Of a DNA stretch of 18,068 nt, positions 1 through 8,158 are shown piece by piece. Each line of letters starts with the position of its first letter. Position 1 is the stretch's first letter. The stretch covers positions 1 through 18,068 of the forward strand of contig BAAFSQ010000202.1 in NCBI GenBank assembly GCA_054661495.1, given 5' to 3'. The stretch comes from Zygophlyctis sp. KS116 (taxonomy: Eukaryota; Fungi; Chytridiomycota). The translations under genes were made by a program, and so were the position numbers. The notes below the pieces were generated by a model. It did no database searches. It was not told the origin of the DNA and was given only the letters and a program-made list of their open reading frames with translations.

Positions 1-196
1 ACGGCACTCTGATCACATTGATTACAACGGCATGGCTTTTTGCGCCATCAAATCTAATGATCCATAGATTACTATTCAGTATAATTCCAATCAATGTACA
101 TTATTTAGAATGAGTTTTTCCTAAATTTCTATAAATCTCAATGAGCATTGACCAACAAATTTTTGCAACAAATTTTTTTCGACGGTATCAAACAAA

Positions 197-1691
197 ATGG
201 AAATCTTTCAAGAACAAGATGATGATGTTGAGCAAATGGACTTTAAAATTAATGAGATTTTTGCAGATAAATATTTAAGATCTAAAAAGTCTGAAGACGC
301 TTCGAATTTAAAGAGAAAATATTTAAATTTTGATCCAGAAAGCTCTTCTTCTTCAGAGGAAGAGGATGAATTTGGAGATTTATTAACTCCAGAGCTAGAT
401 CTACAGATTGAAAAAACTCTGACTCTTTTAAAGAAAAAGGATCCTTGCATCTACAGTGAAGAAAAGAGTTTTTTTGATCAAGATATTGCCATTCCAGAAA
501 AAGTCAAGCCTGAAAAACCTTTTACTATAAAAGACTATCACAGAAGAGAATTATTAAGTGGATTAGGAGAGTCTAATTCACAATCATTACCAATAGTAGA
601 GCAGGAACAATTACTGTCTCAACAGGTTAAAAAAGCTTTTGCAGATGCTGTACAAGATGATGATCAAGATCTATTAACAGTTGTAGAACACTCAAGACAA
701 TCAGATTTGAAAAAATCAAGAAAAGAAAATATTGACGTTGAGGATGAAAATGAAGCGTTTTTAAGAGACTATCTAAATGGTAAAAAATGGTTGGATTCAG
801 ACAATATCGATCATAGAAAGTTGGAATTAATTGAAATGTCTGATGAAGAAAGAGGAATAGACGCAACTGAATCTTTTGAAGCTGATTTTAATTTTAGATT
901 TGAAGAAAAAGGTAAAGAAAAGTTCATTAAGAATAGGCGCGGAGTCATTAATTTCACATTCAAGAACTGTCGATAGCAGTTTGAGAAGAAAAGACGATAA
1001 AAGGAAGAGAATGAGAGAAAAGAAGAATTCTAGAAAAGAGGAGGAGAAAATAAAAAAAGAAGAAGAATTAAAAAGACTCAAGAATTTGAAAAAGGAAGAG
1101 ATTATGGAAAGATTAAAGAAAATTGAACAAGTTTCAGGTGCTAAAGTTGGAGATTTAGAGGAATTTTTAACTAGAGACTTTGATCCAAATGACTTTGATG
1201 ATCACATGGGAAATACTTTTGGTCAAGATTATTATAGTACAAAGGATAAAAAGTTTCCACTTGATCAGGAAGAATTATCACAAGACATATCTGAAGAATT
1301 ATCTCTAGAAAGAGAAAATATTCCTCTCTTAAATGAGAATCTCAAGAAAAAGAAGGATTCTCATTTGGATGATTTATATGCATTAGACTATGAAGACCTT
1401 ATCGGAGATCTTCCCGTTCGCTTTAAATATCGTTCAGTCAATGCAAATAACTATGGTTTAGACCCCAAAGATATTTTAATTGCAGAAGATAAAGATTTGA
1501 ATGAATTTTTATCTCTAAAGAAGCTTGCACCTTTTAGATCTGCTGAAAAACTTAAAAAAGATTCTAAATCCTGGAAGAAGCACGGGAAAACTAAACTATC
1601 AGAATTTAAATCAAACTTGAAAAAAAGAAAAAAGTCAGACTCCTCATCTCAAAAGGATTCAGATTCTAGATTAGCCTCTTACAATTTATAA
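197..1691 (+). CDS. KRI1: KRI1 40S ribosome biogenesis factor, ~489 aa; exons 197-911, 937-1691
   Basis: Removing the 25-nt intron 912-936 (GTAAAG...AATAG) joins the two ORFs into FNFRFEEKGAESLISHSRTVDSSLRRKDDKRK. Kri1-type motifs: LKKKDPCIY, KEEELKRLKNLKKEEI, LDYEDLIGDLPVRFKYRSV..NYGL...IL.AEDKDLNEFLSLKKLAPFR. Confidence 0.95.
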
Positions 1692-1782
1692 ACTAAAAAC
1701 AATTTAATAAGGAATTTTTATCTAGCCCAAATTAATTTTGAAATTTAAATTTTTTCGGACAAATTGCGCCTGAAAACTATTC

Positions 1783-2244
1783 ATGAGCATTCAAACTATT
1801 TTGACTCTTTTCAGCTTTCTTATTGTCAATGCATCCAAATCCGACTCATCAGGAATCAATGACTTAAAAGAAGTAATGAATGCTCGATACAAAGTATTGT
1901 CCGATTTATATTTTAATTCTAATTTTGATTATCCAGAGGGTCATTGGGATTTTGTGACACCAAAGAAGATACTGTATGCAATACATAATGCTATCAATGA
2001 TTGTGAGCTTCACATTAAAAAAACAAAAATTGACTTGACTGACCTGCAGAATGTCTTTGAATCTTTTCTTGATTCAGCAATGAAGAAATCAAAGAATAAT
2101 TTAATTACGAATTTAGAAATTGAAAAGGCCGTTAAACGACACAGAAATGGTTACTTTAATGATTTAAAATTGGTAGCCATGTCTCCACAGAGAATTAAGA
2201 TTATAACTGATATTCTTTCAGATCAAAATATTGATCGTTGGTAG
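1783..2244 (+). CDS. Hypothetical, probably secreted protein (153-aa ORF); may continue into the 2256/2331-2702 ORF
   Basis: Signal-peptide-like N-terminus MSIQTILTLFSFLIVNA|SKS. No family recognised. The junction to the next ORF is unresolved. Confidence 0.55.
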   Translation: MSIQTILTLFSFLIVNASKSDSSGINDLKEVMNARYKVLSDLYFNSNFDYPEGHWDFVTPKKILYAIHNAINDCELHIKKTKIDLTDLQNVFESFLDSAMKKSKNNLITNLEIEKAVKRHRNGYFNDLKLVAMSPQRIKIITDILSDQNIDRW

Positions 2245-2255
2245 AGTTCAAGAAT

Positions 2256-2702
2256 ATGCAAATGGTAGGTATTGCACCATTTTAAGAATTTTATGCAGTT
2301 GGAATAGAATCAGTCATCAAGTATGGTAAATTGAATTATGGACGTGATTTTAACAATTATGGTTTTATCGATAAAGAATTAATTTCAGTTGAATTTAAAA
2401 AGAGAAATTTGGAACAGATCGCTTATACTTTTTATTCTAGTTATGAACCATCAGAATTCTATTGCTTAAGAAAAAAAGGCTGTCCCAGAATACAAGATCG
2501 AAGAGAGGAATTGTTTTATTATTTTGATTTGGGTGTAATGGACTATAGAAACGTTGCTGAAGCAGTGTTGCTACGCGAAGATAATGCACGATTCACTGGA
2601 AATTTAGATCCAGTTGTAAATTTTAATCGATCGCTCACCACTTATTATCTAACCAAGAAAGATCATTATTGGCCAATACTGGAAAATGTGTATGGTGTCT
2701 GA
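2256..2702 (+). CDS. Hypothetical protein or 3' part of the preceding gene; possible model ATG 2256 with 30-nt intron 2269-2298
   Basis: The frame is open from 2286 to 2702 with protein-like composition. GTATTG...TGCAG (2269-2298) removes the in-frame TAA at 2283 and links ATG 2256 in frame. The start is uncertain. Confidence 0.4.
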
Positions 2703-2744
2703 AAAGGCACTCAAGTAAAACAAGTAGGTGATAAGAACCCTTTG

Positions 2745-3019
2745 ATGAATTCGCCCGAATCTGAAGACATTCAAGATGATAGTCCCATATTTGAGTTTCC
2801 GCCTTTAGATAAAATGGTAATTTTCAGGCTGTCATCATTTAGATCCCAACATTAGATGTTACTCCTTATTGGTCATGGAGAGGAATGCGATGTCTGTTAT
2901 TAGCACCATTTGTGATTGGTTTCTTCACAGGCCTTGGAGAAGGTATCGCTTACTTGGGTCTCGCAAAGTATTTTTCTATTTCATTTATTACTTTGGCCTT
3001 TCAAAAGCCTGTTAATTAA
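2745..3019 (+). CDS. MIM1: Small Mim1/Tom13-like mitochondrial outer-membrane insertase subunit, 82 aa; exons 2745-2816, 2843-3019
   Basis: Absent from the ORF track. The 26-nt intron 2817-2842 gives MNSPESEDIQDDSPIFEFPPLDKMIPTLDVTPYWSWRGMRCLLLAPFVIGFFTGLGEGIAYLGLAKYFSISFITLAFQKPVN. It has an acidic N-terminus and one TM segment with PFxxGxxxGxGE, resembling the Mim1 LPFxNGMMLGFGE signature. Confidence 0.7.
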
Positions 3020-3029
3020 GAAACAAACA

Positions 3030-4863
3030 TTAAGAGTTGTTGTTTGATTTATTATTCTTTAATGAAGTTTTTCCAATGTTTGAATCATCAGATGAGACGA
3101 CAGATAATCCTAATATTTTAAGATCTTGCGATTCCAGTTTTTCAGGATTAGCGGATCGTAAATTGTATCGATTGGTAGAGTATAGTTCATTGATAATTCG
3201 AGACGGTGAATGAGCTTGTGGTGCCGCTGTAGCTGGTCTGGTACTGGGCGTTTTCTAGTCTAAGCCGTAAAAAATATACCTTAAATTCAGACAGATTGGC
3301 TCGGAGTGAATTGTTTTCAAGTGACTGATTCTTTGCAGAGCTGTTTACAAGATTTTTTCTAGGCTGTAATGGAATCATCATCTGACTCAAGTTAATCAAT
3401 AAACTGGAATCAGTAGATTGAGATGTTGTTGATATAGATTGATCAAATTGAGTGGTTACTGTTGCTGATGATATTCTGGATTTAATATCGTTTTGAATGA
3501 TTTGATCAACGTCCATCTTGTCATTAGAATAGATTTTCCTTCCATCTTCATCTGCTCTTGTTGCAGATGATGTATTCCGATTTTTGCTGGCCAAATTGAA
3601 AAACGGTCCAAATGGAATCCCAAAACGAGTGCTTGTATAATAAGTTGGCGGAGATATGCATGAGACTCCAGGAGGAAGACTTGAAGGCGTATACAATTTC
3701 CAAAACTTGGTTTGCATACTTGATATTTAAATGGAAATGCAATTACCTTTGCAAATAATTTTGTTGCGGGCCCACCACTGATCCGGGCCTTACAACTCTT
3801 AGGAAAGATATGACTTCACATGCTGTTAATTTATAATGTTTCATCAAATAAGCAGATATAAGAGTTCCAGTACGTCCAAGCCCTGCTTTGCAGTGAATAG
3901 CAATGGGGCCTTTTTTTCAGAATTAAAAATTACCTGGTCTTGTTTCACAGATTTCTAAAAATTTAAGCAAAATTCCTTCAGGAGGAGTTGTACCATCTGG
4001 GAAATAAAGATCAATATGTTCGATTCCTTCTTCAATAAATTTGTTTCTATCATATAGCTTATTATTGAGTCTAATGATTGTTTTAATTTTTCGTTCTTTG
4101 CACCACTTTATAAGCTCGGGAATACGGTACACAGAATACAAACTAGGAATTGCAGAAGGTTGAGGTCGAAAATTGTATGGATAGTCTTCTTTTGGATTTG
4201 CTAATGCTACAAATTTGTTTGTAATCCAATTCAAATCTCCATTTTCTACTCTTTCATAAAATTCGTAATCTTCCAAATCAAAATTTTCCAAATCTAGGAG
4301 ACCCAATGTAAGAGCTTTATATAGCCCCTTTACTGCATCAAGTACCGTAATATGATATGTAGCTGGACCATATCCTGCATCTCTATAAGACACAAATGCC
4401 GGATTAATTCCTATAAATGGTTCATAAGCTTCATCAGGATTTTTCTTTTGTACCAACATCTAAGGTTACTAATAAGAATATACCATGTAACAAGTAATTA
4501 AAAATGCTGCATTAGCTCTTTTATCAGGTTCTAATCCTGAATAAAGTACAATTTTCTTTGCTGAAGTCATTGGATTCTAAAATCATGAATCGGAAAATTC
4601 ATTACCTGAAACTTTTCTTGTAATATTTGACAGAATCTAAAAACTTGAGACAAATTATTTGGACCAAAATCAGCATAAAAATTGACATAAATCAAAATCT
4701 GATCGATAGAGAAAAAATGTAGATCTTGAAATTGTGGCGGATGAAATGGTACCGACGTAAAATACAAACGATCTGGTATGATTTCTTTAGCATTTTGAAG
4801 CAATCCATTTCCATTTGTAGGCGAATTATAATTCGGAATAGCTACCTGAGAAAAATATGGCAT
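3030..4863 (-). CDS. CDC14: Cdc14 dual-specificity phosphatase, ~567 aa (alternative upstream ATG at 4938); introns 4577-4605, 4460-4483, 3910-3933, 3719-3746, 3255-3279
   Basis: The spliced product contains [54 protein letters not shown], the catalytic [10 protein letters not shown] and [10 protein letters not shown]. Introns are 29, 24, 24, 28 and 25 nt. Confidence 0.96.
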
Positions 4864-5075
4864 GAATTTAGAGATGAGTTCGAAAATGATTGTTCTTTTG
4901 GTAATGACGTCGGGCCATTGAGAATTTACAGACGTCATCTAATGCAAGATCAGCGCAAATATACGCAATCTTCCATTCTTGGATTACATTGTAATATGTT
5001 TAATGTAAAAAGCAAATGTATCATGGAAATCAATCAGAGACGTATCACTTTAAAAGACATTTTTCGACCGCTGGA

Positions 5076-5141
5076 AGAGATCTAGAGAGTCGATTGTTGG
5101 AGTGGTGAGAGATCTAGAGAGGTAGACCGATGGCAGAGATC
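5076..5141 (+). repeat. 14-nt direct repeat AGAGATCTAGAGAG x2 (5076-5089, 5108-5121) plus partial AGAGATC (5135-5141)
   Basis: Read directly from the sequence. It lies in the CDC14/ACB1 divergent intergenic region. Confidence 0.85.
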
Positions 5142-5167
5142 AGGGCAAAAGACCCTTTGAAAGTAAA

Positions 5168-5462
5168 ATGACAGATGCAGAATCTACAGGGAATGCAGCA
5201 TTCATACAGGCAGCTAATGATGCTAAAAGCCTCCCATCAAAGCCATCAGACACAGATCTATTAACTCTTTATGGTCTGTTTAAGCAGGGGGTTATTGGAG
5301 ACAATATGACAGACAAGGTAAGTTTAGTAAATTTAATTCCAGCCTGGTATGCTAGATTTCAAAGGAAAAGCAAAGTGGGAAGCATGGACCAAGAACAAGG
5401 GAATGTCAATGACTGATGCGCAGAAAAAGTATGTAGAGTTTGTAGAAACTCTAAAAAAATAA
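5168..5462 (+). CDS. ACB1: Acyl-CoA-binding protein (ACBP), 89 aa; intron 5318-5342
   Basis: Removing the 25-nt intron gives [18 protein letters not shown]|[36 protein letters not shown], the canonical ACBP signature. Confidence 0.96.
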
Positions 5463-5481
5463 TGATCTGATTTACAGCCAT

Positions 5482-5976
5482 TTAATTGAATTTCTTTGCA
5501 ACATGTTTAGCAAATTCCCCTTGTAAATGTCCTTTTCTAAAACATTCAGAACAATATCCATCATTTTCACAACCAGGACAAAATACTTGAGCATCCTCAT
5601 TACATATACCTAATTTTAATTACAATAAATTACAACACCATCCATCAGTTGGATCATTCTCTTGAAAATCAGATATATTTAATGGTTTTGGTGGCGGTCC
5701 CAAATCTGTAGTATTACTATATTTGGACTCAAAATTCAATTCATCCTGTACTTGAGCTAATAATTGAGCTGCTTCTTGACTGATTGGTGACTCTAAAGAA
5801 TCTATTTTTGGGGAAGTAAGGACCATTGTCTAATAATATTTAAATCATAATCCTACAGTATAATCAACAAATGATTGTTTTTTAACAGCAATTATTTCAT
5901 CTAAATCAATATCTTGTAATAGATTTTGAGATTTTAACAAGTCTTGAATTTCATCATCAATTTCCAAAGATTTCAT
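5482..5976 (-). CDS. ZFYVE19/ANCHR-like C-terminal B-box zinc-finger protein without a FYVE domain, ~147 aa; introns 5830-5856, 5610-5633
   Basis: The spliced C-terminus [30 protein letters not shown]...AKH matches the ZFYVE19-type WCxICNEDAxxxCxGCxxDxYCxxCF pattern, preceded by the helical AQLLAQVQDELNFE. The start ATG is inferred. Confidence 0.75.
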
Positions 5977-5986
5977 TAAAACGTCA

Positions 5987-6490
5987 TCAAGATTTTGAAT
6001 GTCTGTATGAATGATTTTTATCAATTTTAGAGCTCTGATAGTCAACTTCAATAGTTTCACTCCAATCTCTTTTAAATATTTCATCACCAGTATTAAAATG
6101 CCCTGCTGATGATTCTGTAAATTTAATCAGACTCATATTAGGAGCATAAGCAAAAGGCATTTGATCACTAATTGTAAAAACCAAAACTTACTGATTAAAT
6201 CTTTCAAAGAATCCACCGCCATCAATTCTAACTCTTAAACTTCCCTTTGTCAAGTAAGTAGAACAAGATCTAATCCGCAACATATCACCTGGCATTAAAT
6301 CTACAGCAGATTTTCCTAATAAATGTAAAACAATAGAAGCGGAAAAATCAGCAATCCAAAACAAATACATTGGAGTTTTTTGTTTTTCTCCACCGACATC
6401 TTTCTTATCAAGAATAATCACATCAATATTTACACCGTTCCAGTTTGGACAAAGATCAATGATTTTTTTGATTTTATCTCCGGCGCTCAT
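5987..6490 (-). CDS. SOSS-B/NABP (hSSB1-like) single OB-fold ssDNA-binding protein, ~159 aa; intron 6168-6191
   Basis: I.DL.P....VNI.VIILD, ..IADFSASI...L......L.PGD.LRI......L.KG.L and the post-intron F...PNMS resemble the SOSS-B1/OBFC2 family. The intron is 24 nt, GTAAGT...TTAG. Confidence 0.8.
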
Positions 6491-6646
6491 TGAGATTATT
6501 AATTTTACTTTCTGATCGGTAGACCTATGGTTGCCGCTCCCGTCCACTAGGTTCGACCAGACATACTAAAGGCCTAGCGGTCCCATGGTGAAATCGCTGG
6601 TTAGGACTGACTTGACTTAATCGTCATTAAACATTGAATTCTTCAA

Positions 6647-8158
6647 ATGGACATCATGCGCTCAGAATCTTTTTGGTCTCGTTCGTCTCAAGTCACAGAA
6701 ACAGGTCTCTTGGTAAAAAGAATAGATCCAAAAACATCAAGGAAATGTATAAATCAATATCAATTTTTGAAAGAATTGGGAAGAGGAGCTCATGGAAAAG
6801 TAAAATTGGCTGTAGATATGACGGATGAGTCGTTTTGGGCAATAAAAATAATTCCTAGAAAAGCTAAAAAGAAACTCACTGCATTCAATGCATCAATGCA
6901 AAATCATTTAGATCAAATTAAAAGAGAAATTGCAATCATGAAAAAGGTTTATCATCCGGCAATCGTAAAAGTTCGTGAAGTTATTGATTCTCCGATTTCT
7001 GATAAAATATTTTTAGTTTTGGAATATTTAAGTGGAGGAGAAATTTCTTGGGATGGTTGTCCACTTTCACAGGTAGATTGTCTCTATACTTTTAGGAAAT
7101 TGGTTCAAGGTGTACATTATTGTAATATTTACAAATTCTAAATCTAGTACATTCTCAAGGAATAATACATCGAGATATTAAGCCAGCTAATTTATTAAAA
7201 AATTCAGAAAATCAAATTAAAATTTCAGATTTTAGTGTAAGTCTGGTATATGATCCAAATGATTCTTTTTCTCAAGTTGAAATAGCAAAAGCTGCAGGCT
7301 CTCCGGCTTTTCTAGCTCCTGAAATTTGTGGGTTTTCAGAGTCTGAATTAGAGTCTGAACAAGTTTCTATAGACCCCTTTGCAATTGATGTTTGGGCTAT
7401 GGGTGTCACGCTGTACTGTTTGGTTTTTGGGATCTTGCCATTTAATGGAGAAAATGAGTTTGAAGTTTATCATGCAATAAATAATAAGTCGTAAGTATTT
7501 TTAAATAATCATATAGGCTGGTTTTTCCTTTGAAACAGTTGATTGACAATAATCTGAAAGATTTATTTCTTAAAATGTTGGAAAAGGTATGAAATTCAGT
7601 TTTAAAGTTAGAATCCTAAAAAAAGGATTAGCATACAAGAAATAAAATCTCATCCATACGTAACACATGGAATGAATGAAGCAGAAATTGATTCATGGAT
7701 TAATGATGCTTGTGATATCATTAAAGTTACGGATGACGATGTAAAAAATGCAATTAGTTTCTCTGGATTTCTTAAAAAAGGGTTCAAAATAATCAAAAAT
7801 AATTTTTTTAAATCAAAAAGGTCTGCTAGTATGCCTTCCATACGTAAGAATTTAATTCATTCTTATTTTAGATAATCTGTCTTTGCGCTCTCCTACTTTT
7901 TATGATAAATCTTTACATTCTACTCCTTCAATCCCAATCATGATGCCATATTTACCTGAACCGTGTGAGGCTCTGGCTGATAATCTACGAAAATATAAAA
8001 AATCCGGATCTGGATTGATTTTAGATAATCAATCAGAAGTTACAGATTTAATGCCGGATCAATCTTGGGTCTCCTGGGATAATTGCTATTCAGGAGGGCA
8101 TCAATCACACGAAGAATCCCAAAGTGATGAAGAAAATTATGAAGGACTTACAATCTAG
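6647..8158 (+). CDS. CAMKK / Sak1-Tos3-Ssp1-family Ser/Thr kinase (putative AMPK/Snf1-activating kinase), ~468 aa; introns 7122-7147, 7491-7516, 7587-7611, 7844-7871
   Basis: Motifs INQY...ELGRGAHGKVKLA, AIKI, REIAIMKKV.HP.IVK..EVID, HRDIKPANLL, ISDFSVS, AGSPAFLAPE, DVWAMGVTLYCLVFG.LPF, KMLEK|NPKKRI. Introns are 26, 26, 25 and 28 nt. Confidence 0.9.

Noticed and set aside
1-145. Possible 5' end of a minus-strand gene at the left edge
   Set aside because: A short open frame exists (…RFDGAKSHAVVINVIRVP) but no consistent ATG and intron model could be built.
3260-3279. 20-nt alternative last intron of CDC14
   Set aside because: It is below the 24-nt floor seen elsewhere. The 25-nt version gives a longer, more plausible S/T/P-rich tail. 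It is not formally excluded without transcripts.
4726-5085. 119-aa plus-strand ORF
   Set aside because: It is antisense to CDC14 exon 1 and its promoter, starts at TTG and has no recognisable motif.
6003-6060. 58-nt intron that would fuse SOSS-B to the B-box protein
   Set aside because: The GTGAAA donor is weak, the length is about twice that of the supported introns, and it skips an AG at position 26.
7237-7297. Perfect GTAAGT donor inside the kinase activation segment
   Set aside because: The nearest AGs give 40, 49, 55 or 61 nt, all frameshifting, and the unspliced frame reads as a normal kinase.
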